From NCBI GenBank assembly GCA_050613775.1, contig JBODTK010000109.1, positions 372,001-436,000 of the forward strand: a stretch of DNA of 64,000 bases, in the 5' to 3' direction. Origin of the DNA: Neocallimastix sp. 'constans'. Its lineage: Eukaryota. This document shows, piece by piece, positions 39,832-52,279 of this stretch; position 1 is the first letter of the stretch; each line of letters opens with the position of its first letter. Under the pieces are notes generated by a model that was not told where the DNA came from, searched no databases, and saw only the letters and a program-made list of their open reading frames with translations. A program made the position numbers and the translations under genes.

Positions 39832-40350
39832 CTAGGTCACATATATATTTATACACTTATTATTCAGAAAATTACTAATATTAACACAATTTTCATTGAT
39901 TGACCTATTCAATATATTATTAGTTACAATACTATTATTTTTTTTAACACTAATATTAATATTCCTATTATTACTTTCACAATCGCTAATAATAATATTC
40001 ATATTATCACTATCAATACTATTATTATTATTAACAATACTATTACTATTGTTATTTTTATTACTATTAATATTATTTTCACTATTACTAATATTTCTAT
40101 TATTAACAATATTATTTCTATCGTTATTATTATAAATATCATACTCTTCTTTACTACTATCAGGATCAATACTTGATTCTATATTATTCATATCTGGGAC
40201 AACAGTATTACCATTATTATTTGATATTGGACAATATTTGCTAATTAAAAACAATTTTTCATAAAGTTTTTCAATATCCATAATATATTTCATTCGAAAT
40301 TCATGGAAAAGATAGCAATTAGAAAATCAATGCTCCAATCGAGGATTACC
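39832..40350 (-). pseudogene. LINE ORF C-terminal fragment (zinc-finger half plus N-rich region)
   Basis: GNPRLEH*FSNCYLFHEFR runs into the 153-aa ORF ending NFLNNKCINIYVT; homologous to about 53960-54250. Confidence 0.7.
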
Positions 40351-40940
40351 ATTTGGTATTAACAAATACGCAAGTATAGTAATTTTAGGGAAGTTTCAAA
40401 ATTTCTTAATAATAGTAACCCTACTTTTTATCTTTCAAGACAAGAGTTACCTAAAATGAATTGCTATACCCACTTAGGTGTATCGTTTTCAAATAATTTA
40501 GAATTGAAACCCATCATACAGAGAATGAATAATAAAGTTAGAAAAGCACTTTATTCCATAAAAGGATTTCTTAAGAATCCTCATATTCCTATCCCTTGTA
40601 AATGAATGCTATTTTCTGCTATAGTAATAGGACGAGTTTCGTATTATGTATCTCTACTTGGATCAAACAAAGAAAGAACATGAATTGCACAGACAATAGT
40701 TAAAACAGGATTATACTGAATTGAAGAATTTTCTAATAGAAATAACTTTTTATCCCTTTATTGTATTTTAAAAGAACTTAGCATCCCTCCTCTATCGGCA
40801 AAATGTGAGATTGCTCAAGTTAGGTGGTTTAAAAAATAGAAAAACTCGAAATGTATTATCTCTGTTTTACTTAAAGAAATATCGCGTTATAGACGTCATA
40901 CATAGATAAAGAAAGTAAAATTTTAGTAGATAAATTAGAT
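40351..40940 (+). pseudogene. LINE RT/thumb fragment, opposite orientation to its neighbours
   Basis: FGINKYASIV...ELPKMNCYTHLGVSFSNNLELKPIIQRMNNKVRKALYSIKGFLKNPHIPIPCK*, with several in-frame stops. Confidence 0.8.
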
Positions 40941-41016
40941 AAATTTCTCTTCCACCAAGAAGGAAGTTATATAATTGGTACCACGTCATATATATATTTA
41001 CACATTCATTGTTCAG

Positions 41017-41479
41017 AAAAAAAAAAAAAAAAAAAAACATAGACTTGCACATATGGGTACCCATCTCCCATATGGCCATACAGTTATTAATTAACTGTAA
41101 GGTGATGAGTTATTGGCATACTGTATCAGCTTCGCCGCTCTCAATCGTCGTTACACACTGCCCGGAGATGCATTCCTAACGTTCCTACATATATCTCTAA
41201 TGACCACGAGCATCAGAACGGAACCATTAACTCCTCCCTAGTGGGTGTAATCATTGGCGATTGGAAATTTTACAATCATCAAGGTCTATGCTTCAATTCA
41301 AAGCGTAGTATCAGGGTTGGGTGAAATAATCATCTGAGGGAAAGCCTTATGGACATCACGTGTGGTCTCATGATATCCCAGGATAGAAACCTCATCCGAT
41401 TATTTGGTGCCATGCCGAGGATTCGAACCCCGCCCTCTACAGTGACCTGTATCGTCCTAACCGACTGGACCAACATGGC
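41017..41479 (-). mobile_element. Intact tRNA-derived SINE with poly(T) tail
   Basis: tRNA-like head, about 365-nt body, two 3' hairpins and a T21 tail. Flanked by direct repeats TTCATTGTTCAG(AAAA) at 41005-41020 and 41480-41495. Confidence 0.9.
41405..41479 (-). ncRNA. tRNA-like SINE head (pseudo-tRNA) with encoded CCA
   Basis: Acceptor stem GCCATGT/GCATGGC, D stem GTCC/GGAC, T arm CGGGG-TTCGAAT-CCTCG, ending ACCA. The anticodon arm TACAG-GTCA-CTGTA has an undersized loop. Confidence 0.85.
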
Positions 41480-41828
41480 TTCATTGTTCAGAAAATTACT
41501 AATATTAACATTTTTTTTTATTTATTATTATAGCCACAATTATTGCCGACTTTAACTTTACTTATTTATTCATTTATAATTACATTAATATTTTTTTTTT
41601 ATAAAAAAAATATTAATGTAAATATATATATGTAATAAATATTAACATGATTTTCACCAATTAATTTTTTTGTTTTTTTTTTGTTTTTTTTTTAACGGCA
41701 AAAATAATAATAATATACAGAGCTTGGCTTTAAGCTATAATAATAACAATAATAACAATAACAATAATAATAATAATAATAATAATAACATCTATAATAA
41801 TAAAATTAATAATAATAAAAATGAAACG

Positions 41829-42626
41829 ATGGATGACGTAATAAATGTGAAACAAAACAAATTAAACATATTAAAAATAGATAATTTCAGAGAAAAAAAT
41901 AATGAAATAGGAAATACTAATAATGAAAAATATGAAACAAACAATGATATTTTAATTATTAAAGAAGAAAATAAAAATAATTTTACAGGTAATGCAAATA
42001 TTAAGAGAAATCAAAATAATAATATAGAAATTAATAGTATTGTAAAAATAAATATTAATGCTACTAGTTATATGGAAAATATTAATTACAATAATAAAAA
42101 TATTCTTGAGGACTCTGAAATTATAAATAATAAAGGAAATAATCATAAAATTATAAAAGAAGAAATAAATATTAATGAATCTATTAAAGTTAATGACATT
42201 AACAATAATTCGATAACTTCTAGTTTGATTAAAGAATCAAAAGTTATTATCAATAAAAATTCAAAAATAAACAATATTCAAATTATTCCAAATGATAATA
42301 AAAATAAGCAATTTACTAATAAAGTGTATTCAGTTAATAATAATATTTATATAAAAGAAAGAAAAATTATTAATAAAAATTCTCCGATAGATGAATCTAG
42401 TAAAGTTGTTAATGTTGGTAGTGATAAGAAAATAAAAATTAATAAAATTAAAAAGATAATTAAAATTCCATATATTTATATTCAAAATAACAATAAATAT
42501 AAAATTAATATTAATAAAATTACGATGCCCAAACCTGAGATCGCTTTAAAGGAGACTATTAATTATAGCAACAATCGCGTTGATACCAAACGGACAATTA
42601 GGAATTATAGATATAAAAGAAAATAA
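41829..42626 (+). other. Low-complexity N/I/K-rich open frame, possibly transposon-derived
   Basis: Long stop-free frame in very AT-rich DNA next to LINE debris; no recognisable domain. Confidence 0.25.
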
Positions 42627-43656
42627 AATTTTAAAACTATTATTTATAGTAATTAAACCTTATATTTTCTTTTATAAAAAAAATATATAATTTAATTTTT
42701 AGCAAGGGCATTTCTGATATAAAACAAATATGTGTAGTAACATATTTGTATATTTAATAATAATTATTAAATATTAAATTTATATCTTTTTGATAATAAT
42801 TATTTTATTTTATTTTATTTCAATATGTATTATTATAATTATAATAATTATAATACTTTAATTCATATAAAATTTATATAGTTCTATATATTAGAATATA
42901 TAATTAATATATTACCTTTTTTATAAATAGATTAAATTATTTAAAATAGAAACAGGAACTCTCTTGTAAAATTTGAGGAATTAGAATTATTATTTTAATT
43001 GTACGAATATTATAATTTTATTAATAAAATTTACTAAACTACCATTATTTAAAACCCACTGCTTATAAATTATTGCACATAAAAGTCCGGCATATCATAT
43101 GTTTCAACATGTGAAACTTATTTTTCGTTTTTTTTTTTTTTTTTTTATATTTCTGGTGTGTACCGCCCTTGATATCAATATTGAGGTAGCCACACTTCTC
43201 TTTTTATAGAGGTAGAATTGTTATTTTAAGGCAATAACAATAATAATAATTACTATATATATATTATATATATTAAATATATTATTTATTTATTTATTTA
43301 ATATAGTTTTAATATTAATATATATTTAATAATACAACATTTTTTGAAAATTCATTTGTTATTGCTATTATAACTATTATTATAATTTTAATATATAATA
43401 AAATTATTTACTATTAATATTATATAATATTATTAATTTTTTTTTTAATAGTTAATTTATAACTATATACATTATATTTTTATAATATTTATAATATTTT
43501 ATACACAAAAAACAATATTAGATTAAAAAAAAAAAAATGCATTATTTCAATTTTCTTTTACAAAAAAAAAAAAGAAAAAAAATACATTATTTTAAATCTT
43601 TTTGAAAAAAAAATTTATTAATTTTTATAAATTTATTATAGCAAAGATTATTTATT

Positions 43657-46651
43657 TTAATTTGGACTTGGGAAATTTCTAACATTACGATCGGGTAAAG
43701 TGTTAGTATTAGTTGCATTATTACCATTTCCACTTTTAGATTGAGTAGATTGATTATTTTTTCTTGATCCACTTGATGTTATGGAGCCTTCAAATTCTTT
43801 TGTTTCGTAGTGGCATTTAATGATTCTATTAATAAAGCTTTCATTGCTATTTTCATCAACTTCAATATTATTATCGAAAGACTCCGTACGACCTGTTTTT
43901 GAAAGGCTCATACGTGTTATATTTTTATAGGTATCTATATTTGTTTTCTTTTGAATATATGCCTCTTTATCCACCATATCTTCCTTTTCAGAAGTAAACA
44001 TAATAACAAACTTCCATACATAAATAAGGAAGAAATTAGATAAACCAAACAAAAGTACAGGTCCAACTTTAACTATGAAATATATATAACGATTATTAAA
44101 ATCCATAAAATAAAAGACTGCAAATATAGTAAAAGCAATAATATCAAAGATAATGGCAATAGTAATACTATAAATGTCACTCTTAGTGGCTTTAATATTC
44201 CATTCAGCAAAAATGAGTACAGCGAAAATGAAAATTTCTAAACCTTTCTCTAATATATCAACGACTAATACACCTTTTGTCAAAGCATTTTTACATTCAC
44301 AACTTCGGAAATTTTTTACACCATCAGATATATTAAGTAAATGATTTGTAACATCAAATGGTGCTAATAAATATACAGTACATAATACAAGTTCAAATAG
44401 AACATGACAGCAGAGATAATTAGAAAAATTTCGATTAACATGCTCAGATATCTTATTAGTTTCAGGATAAAGTACAATTAATCTTAAAAGAAGCGGTGAA
44501 AAAGAAATTGGTACACCTAATGATAAGACTAAGAATCTAAGATTACATTTTTCTTGATCTATTTCTCCTAAACTTACAAAGGCGTATGACAAAATCAAAA
44601 TACTTCCAAAAATAAAAATTGTCCAGTAAGTATTATTTAAAAACATGAAATAGATACTATATTTGCGATCATTCATCAACAAGTACGAAGCAAACATAAT
44701 AACACCAGTAACACCAAGTATAATAATCGTTACAGAGCCAACAGAGGATGTTATTTCAACATCATAATTACGAGTTAAATCATCAATTTTAGCAAGTGTT
44801 TCTTCTACAGTAATATTCTTACTATCATCGGGATTAAAAAAATAATCATTAACAATTTCCAAAAAGGCATTAACATAATCATCATAATTTTCATAGTAAT
44901 TATAAGGTATATTATAGAATTGAATATTTGATATCATGTTACAATTAATTTTATTGCAGAATTCAACTTTCTCTTTTTCTAAAATTTCATCAGGTGAATT
45001 AATTTCATCTCTTTTGTTACTCTGCGAAGTTTGAGATGTAGTTTCTTGATCTGTATTATCAGTTTTATATATTCCATTATACGCACTGTACATATTTTCT
45101 TCATTTATTAAATAACTTTGAATCTCTTCAGATAATAAATAGTCCAAAATTAATGAGATTTTTTTTTGTCGATCTTCATCTAAATATGATGGTACACCAA
45201 TATGATAACCGCCAATACTAGATGATGATATAGTATCATTTTTACCAGGAATAAGAGTAAAATGTAAATCTGGATCATTTAAAGGTACATTAAAAATTCT
45301 GGCAAATAGTACATTACCAGTTTTTATTTTTTCAAGAATTTCGACTTGATTTAATTTAAAATTCTCAGCTATTTTTTTTTTTTTTTTTATTTATTTCATT
45401 ATATATTATTATTATTTTAAAATACAATATTATTATTATTATTATTATTACTATTATTATTTTATTATTTTTATTATTTCATCATTATTTTAATTAAAAT
45501 AAGAGCAAGATATTTACGACTTGAATATTTAACTAATATATTCTTTAATAATGATATTGCCTCAATTGCATTTTCACTTCTATAGTCAGGCATATATTCA
45601 TTATTAACATCATCTCTATATGAATAAATCATTTCCTGAATTGTATTAATAGCAGTATATGAATCTATATTATTTATATAATTTATATATTAATCCAAAA
45701 TTTTTATTTTCCTTTTATGATAATTAATCACAAAAATTTATTATTATACCTGGAATATTTCCTAAATAAGCAATGATATCATTATTATTTTCACTAATTT
45801 CTCCATTATAAATATGATCTATAGTCTTAACTAATTCTTCCCACGTAGTAGGTACTGGAAGTTCATATTTACTTAATAAATCTTTATTATAATACATTAC
45901 ACCATAATGACATATAAAAGGCTTTAAAATATGTATATAAATTAGTTTTTAATTTATTTATATGAGTGTATATATATATAAATATAATTTGTTTCTTTTT
46001 TGATTTTCGAAAAAAAATTTTTATATTAATTTTCATATTATTATTTAAATTCTCTTATAATATAAATAACTAACTAAATAAATAAATAAAACTTACGACT
46101 CCAACTAATTTATCATCTATAAATCCACTTTTTAATGTTGCTCCCTCACTAAAATTTTCAACAGAAAAAATTGACATTATTTTCTTTAAATTTAATAATT
46201 TATTTGAAAATCGATAAATATGATGAATATTATAAAAATAAAGATCATATTCAGTTGATTTTTCATCCAATAATTTCTCAATTTTTACTCCATATTCAAC
46301 TTCATCATCTTCATAATATTCAACATTTACATTTAAATTTTCATTATGTTCTGAAGAATATTCTTTATATTTATTAATTACATTATCAATTAATCCTTTA
46401 TAGGCTACAGGAGCAAAAAAAAAAAATCATTTAATTCTCTTTTTTTATTTTGTCCCTCACTTCCAATTGCATCTAATATGTATATATATATATATATAAT
46501 ATATTATTTTAATCATTTATATATTTTAATAACTATAATATTACAGCAACTTTTATTTAAATATTCATTATATTTAAATTATTATTATTCATTCATTATT
46601 ACAATTTATTAGTAGAAACACCAATATTATTATATATTTATTACATTTCAT
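43657..46651 (-). CDS. Solute-binding protein (SBP family 1-like) fused to a class C-like 7TM receptor; exons 46651-46603, 46472-46097, 45921-45750, 45664-45518, 45368-43657
   Basis: Signal peptide MKCNKYIIILVFLLINYAIG and four GT..AG introns with consistent phases. SBP motif GVPF...GVMYYNKDLLSKYELPVPTTWEEL, then about seven hydrophobic helices and a polar tail. The model needs a 1-nt indel at or near the homopolymer 46415-46426. Confidence 0.8.
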
Positions 46652-49302
46652 TTTAGATATAATTATTTTTTATTTTGTTTTTTTAATAAATTAATATAAT
46701 TTAACAAAAAAAATTAATAAATAAATAAGATTAAAAAATAAATATATTATAAAGCATATATTATTATAATTGAAAATTAAATATTTTTATGAAAAACAAA
46801 AAACAAAAAAAAAAAAAAAAAAAAAAAAAAAATAAATAAAATAAAATAAAATAAAAAAAGGAAATAAAAATAAAATAAACAAATAAAAATAATAATAATA
46901 ATAATAATAATAAAATAAGTGATGAAGTGATGAAATGAGGGAAAAATTAAAATAAAATAAAATAAAATAAAATATAAATAAAATAAAAATAAAATAGAAC
47001 TAAAAATAAATTAAACAAATAGAAACATAAATATAAAAAAAATATATATATATATATATAAAATGAAACGTAATGAAATTAAAATTTTATAGCATAAAAT
47101 TATATAAAATTTAATGCAAATTCTATTAAATTTTATATTATATAATGTTTATTACATTTTAAGTTTTACAAAAAAAAAAAAAAAAAAAAAAAAGACTTTT
47201 TAAAATTAATAATTAAAAATAATACACTCAAAAAACTTTAGTTTTAATTTCAACTTATATATTTAAATATAATATTAGATTAAATCCATTATTACTAAAA
47301 TTAGTCATTTCATTATTTACTTTTTAAGAATTATATAAAGTTATAGAAGTTATTTAAAAATGTTTTTTATGATTTAAATAAACACTAACAATAATAACAT
47401 AATAATAATAATGACTATTTAAATTTTATACTTTTATATAGATTAATCGATAAATAATTTTAAATTATAAAATATAATTATAATAAGTTTTTTGATATTT
47501 TATTTCTTAAAAAATAATAATAATACCTATAACTCTAAATCTTATTATATTTAAATTTTATTTATATTAATATTTACTCTTTTATAATATATAATATATA
47601 TGATAGACCAGCATATATATAATATAATATCTATTACATATAAAATCTTCATTGTTAAATTTCATCAAAAAAAAAAAAAAAACATAAATGTGAAATATAT
47701 ATAATGAGCATTTTATAGTATATTTAAATTTCTAATAGAATAAATAAATTCTTAATCAAAATTATTATTAATAAGTTTTTAAGTTTAATCTTACTTAATT
47801 TTTACTATTTAAAAAATATTTCAATATAGATATATATATCTTAAAATTTTTATTTCTAAATATATATGAAAAAAAATCATTTTATATGAAATTATTTTAA
47901 AGTTAAAATAATTCTTTAATAATCTTTAAAATAAAAATTTTAAGATATATATATATATATATCTTAAAATATTTATATAATTTTTTAATATAATTTTAGA
48001 AAATGATATTAAAAAGTAGAGTTCTTTTATTATTTGAAATATCATTATATAATATTATTAAAGAAAGATTAAATATCTGATATTGATTCTTAAAAAGTAA
48101 AGTATCAGACACGAGTAACTAACAATATATTTTTATAAATATTGGAAATATTTTATTGTATGATATGATTAATTTTTTGTTTAGATAATTAATCTAAATA
48201 GTAAATCATTTAAAAGATATTTCATTTATTAATTTATATATAATAAAAATAATATTATCCATTATTCTAGTTATTCAATGAATTAAAAATAAAGGAATAT
48301 AATATTTCATTTATTAATTTTTTTCTTTTTGTATTTTTGAAATAATAAAAAAAAAAAAAAACGGTTATTCTAGTTATTCAATAAATATATTAAAAATTAT
48401 TTATTTTAGTAGATACTAAAAAATATTAACCAATTATATATATTACATAACTTTTTGTCTCTTTCCTTGCTCATTTTCAGTAAACTAATAGTTATATCAT
48501 AAAATATATAATAGTAAAAATATTAAACATCATTTTTATTTAATCTTATTTAATTAAGACAGATATTTATTAATTTTTTTTTTTTTTAAAAAAAAAAAAA
48601 TAAAAAAAAAAATAATTATATATATATATTTAGTTTTTAATTTATTAAATTCAATCTAAAATTTTAACTCTGTCATTGATAAACTCTGTCATTGATTTAT
48701 TGAAATTCCTTTTTTTAAAACATCTTGAATGGTTCAGAAAAATAAAAGAGAAATAATAAACTTTCTTGTATAAAGATTCATCTATTTAATAATTAATTAA
48801 TTTATTTATTTATATTTATTTATTTATTATTTATTTATTTATTTATTATTTATTTATTTATTTATTTATTATTTATTTATTTATTTATTATTTATTTATT
48901 TATTTATTTATTATACATATAAAATAAAAATAATATATATAAAAAATAAAAACAAATAAATAAAACTAAACCTAATAATATAAACTTCTAAGAATTGTTA
49001 ATACAAAATTTATAAATGATTTATTTTTAATTTTTAGTATTATTTATTCTTTTAATTTATTATATTATGTTGTATTTCTATTATTATAATAATCATATTT
49101 TCTACCTATATATATTACATCGATCAAAATATATATATATAATTATTGATCAATAATAAATAACTTTTAAAATATTTGTAATAAATAAAATTTCATCATT
49201 CATGATGTTTCGATTGAAAGAAAAAATTTTTAATCGAAACAATCACAGTGAAATAAATACTTTAATTTATCATTTAAAATCGTAATTAATGAATTTATTT
49301 TA

Positions 49303-49385
<83 letters not shown>

Positions 49386-49566
49386 TAAAATAGAAGCACC
49401 ATATATCAAAAAAGAATAAAATAAAATAAAAAAAATTAAATCTTGCTATTCACATAATTTTATAATCTTTTAAAAATTAGTAATATTGTAATTATTTTTC
49501 CTTTTTTTAAGTACTATTAATATTGCTACTTAAAGTTAATGCTTTTAATTAATTTATTATATTTTA

Positions 49567-49569
<3 letters not shown>

Positions 49570-49665
<96 letters not shown>
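49570..49665. repeat. (TTA)n microsatellite
   Basis: Direct reading. Confidence 0.95.
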
Positions 49666-49917
49666 ATTTTCTGCCTTTTTTCTTATACTAATGTTTATTG
49701 AAAATATTTTAATAATTATTGATTATTAATAAATAGCTTTTGAAAATTTCATAATAAATAAATTTTCATAATGATTATTTCAATAAAAATAACATTTTTT
49801 TTTGTTTTGTTTGTTTGTTTGTTTTATTTCGTTTTGTTTCGTTTTGTTTTTGTTTTTGTATTTTAATTTATAATTATTAATAAGCATTAGCAACTATAAT
49901 AATTATATATATATAAA

Positions 49918-50805
49918 CTAAACCATGTCAATTGGACGACGAACTGCTGGTGCTGGGAACTCATCATCTAATTTTTGTAAATCTTCTCTACTTAATTTAA
50001 TTTTATTAGAAAAAACATCAAAGTTATCAAGTAAATGCTTTATTTTAGTAGACTTTGGAATAGTAATAACATTAGGTTGAGCATGAACAAAAGCTAACAT
50101 AATTTGAAATATTGAACAATTATATTTTTTAGATAATTCTAATAACAATTCATTTTTAAAAATGGATCTTCCTCTAACAATAGCACCAGCTCTGGCTAAT
50201 GGTGAATAGGCCATAATTGGAATACCATATTTTTGTTGTAACGGTATTAAAGAGGTTTCACTCTCACGAGAACCAATATGATATAAAACTTGATTTACAA
50301 CACAATTACTTCCATCTGGTATACTTAATAACTCTTCCATATCTTCAACATCTAAATTTGAAACACCCCAACGTCTAATTTTTTTATCTTTTACTAATTT
50401 TTCCATACATTGAACTGTTTCACGTAATGGAACATTTCCACGCCAATGTAATAAATATAAATCTAAATATTCTACACCTAAACGTTTTAAAGAATTTTCA
50501 CATGCCCTAAAAATATTTCTTTTTCCTGCATTAAAAGGATATACTTTTGAAACAATATAAAGATCTTCTCTCTTAACAATTCCATTACTAAAAGCTTTTT
50601 GAATAGCTTTACCAACAACTTTTTCAGCACCACCTTCACCATACATTTCTGCTGTATCAATTAATCTTATACCTAATTCAATTCCTTTGTATATTGACTC
50701 AATTTCTTCTTCCTCTTCAACTTCATTTTCCCCCATTTCCCAAGTACCTTGACCAACTTTTGGTATTAAGCTACCATCATTTAATTGTACAGTTTCTAAT
50801 TCCAT
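49918..50805 (-). CDS. Aldo/keto reductase, bacterial YeaE-like
   Basis: Intronless 295 aa. Motifs GQGTW, IDTAEMYG (catalytic D and Y), IVSKV, LDLYLLHW, WGVSN, MAYSPL and IPKS. Confidence 0.92.
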   Translation of the reverse strand: MELETVQLNDGSLIPKVGQGTWEMGENEVEEEEEIESIYKGIELGIRLIDTAEMYGEGGAEKVVGKAIQKAFSNGIVKREDLYIVSKVYPFNAGKRNIFRACENSLKRLGVEYLDLYLLHWRGNVPLRETVQCMEKLVKDKKIRRWGVSNLDVEDMEELLSIPDGSNCVVNQVLYHIGSRESETSLIPLQQKYGIPIMAYSPLARAGAIVRGRSIFKNELLLELSKKYNCSIFQIMLAFVHAQPNVITIPKSTKIKHLLDNFDVFSNKIKLSREDLQKLDDEFPAPAVRRPIDMV

Positions 50806-51292
50806 TTTTTCAAAAAAAAAAAAAATAATAACAATAATAATAATATTAAAATAAGAATAATTTATTTTTTTATAAATGTATATTCAATGATTAATGCTGA
50901 CTAAAAATAATTATATACTTTTAAAAAAAAATTATCTTTTATTTATATTATAAAAATATCAATAAACAAATAATATAAAATAATAGTAAAAAAAATATTT
51001 ATAAACTTTTAGTATAATGAATAAACTAAAGTATATATTAAATGATGAATATTATTTTAATACTTAATAATAATAATAATAATATAGAAATAATTCTATT
51101 TAAATATTTTTTTTTAATTAGTAATTTGTTAAATGTTAAATGATACACTATTGTATTATTATTATTGGTCAAATAAAAAAATTAATAATGTAATATATTA
51201 ATTATATTAAATATACCCTTAAATATAATTATTAATAAAATAATTTATATAAAAAATAAAAAAAAATAAAAAAATAAAAAATAAATATAATA

Positions 51293-52279
51293 ATGAATTT
51301 AAATAAATTATTTAATAATCCAACATCTTTAGCACTAAATAATATAAAAAATATTCAATATTCAATACCAAATAATAATTTAAATATTATTTATCGTAAA
51401 TTATTTTATTCAACAAGTAATAATAATAATAAAGGTTTATTAGGTTTAGTTTTAAATCAAGATGGTAAAGGTGGCTGTCTTGTTGATATAAGAGTTAATG
51501 AACCAATTATCATTAGAAGTGATTATTTTAAAAGATTTACAAAAAGAGTAGCGGCAACTTCATTATTCCTTGGAAATGATATTAATACACAAGCTGAAAA
51601 TGAAATTTCAAAAAAAACATCAAAAAAAAAGAAATCAAAGGCGGGAAAATGTCAAACAATTGATGTTAAAGGATTATTGAATTGTCCATTATTACCACAT
51701 CCTGATGCAAATCCAGTTGATGATTCTGAATTTCAATTTCAACTTGTTAAAGATGCATTAAAAAATTGTTCATGGAAACTTAATGATGAATTAGAAATAT
51801 ATCGTTCTGTCATTTCTCAGCATTCTTCAAGAGTTGTAACAGGTGGTTTTATTATGCCAATTCCAGAAAAAGGATCAGTTGAAACCCCCATTGATATAAT
51901 CAACGCCTTAACAAATTTTTCTGATGAAGACAAAATTTTGCAAGAACAAGGTTTCGGTGAAATTGCATCAATGATAACGCTTTCTTTAAAAGGTAAAAGA
52001 TCTAAGGCTGTCTCCGTTTTAAGGAAAATGTCGAGATTTGCAAATTTACTTGCGAAACACGTGACTGTATTTAACCCACTATATATTTCAGAAAGTGACT
52101 ATAAAAAGAAAACTCATAAAAACAAAGTTCCAAAAGAAGATAAAGATAAAATATTATTAAATCAAATATTTATGTTTGATAATGAACATACTGTAGCAGA
52201 AGCTTTAGTTAATGTGGGAGATATAGATGACGTTGAAGTTACAATATCCTCATTTATTCGATGGACTTTAAAAGATTAA
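51293..52279 (+). CDS. Divergent mitochondrial-type elongation factor Ts-like protein
   Basis: KGLLGL...LVDIRVNEPIIIRSDYF aligns with EF-Ts EGLIGL...LVEVNCETDFVxRNxxF. The C-terminus LAKHVTVFNPLYI...LLNQIFMFD..TV...ISSFIRW is EF-Ts-like. The N-terminus lacks acidic residues, like a presequence. Confidence 0.7.
   Translation: MNLNKLFNNPTSLALNNIKNIQYSIPNNNLNIIYRKLFYSTSNNNNKGLLGLVLNQDGKGGCLVDIRVNEPIIIRSDYFKRFTKRVAATSLFLGNDINTQAENEISKKTSKKKKSKAGKCQTIDVKGLLNCPLLPHPDANPVDDSEFQFQLVKDALKNCSWKLNDELEIYRSVISQHSSRVVTGGFIMPIPEKGSVETPIDIINALTNFSDEDKILQEQGFGEIASMITLSLKGKRSKAVSVLRKMSRFANLLAKHVTVFNPLYISESDYKKKTHKNKVPKEDKDKILLNQIFMFDNEHTVAEALVNVGDIDDVEVTISSFIRWTLKD

Noticed and set aside
41405..41479. Functional tRNA gene
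   Set aside because: The anticodon loop is too short, there is no nearby terminator, and it forms the head of a TSD-flanked element.
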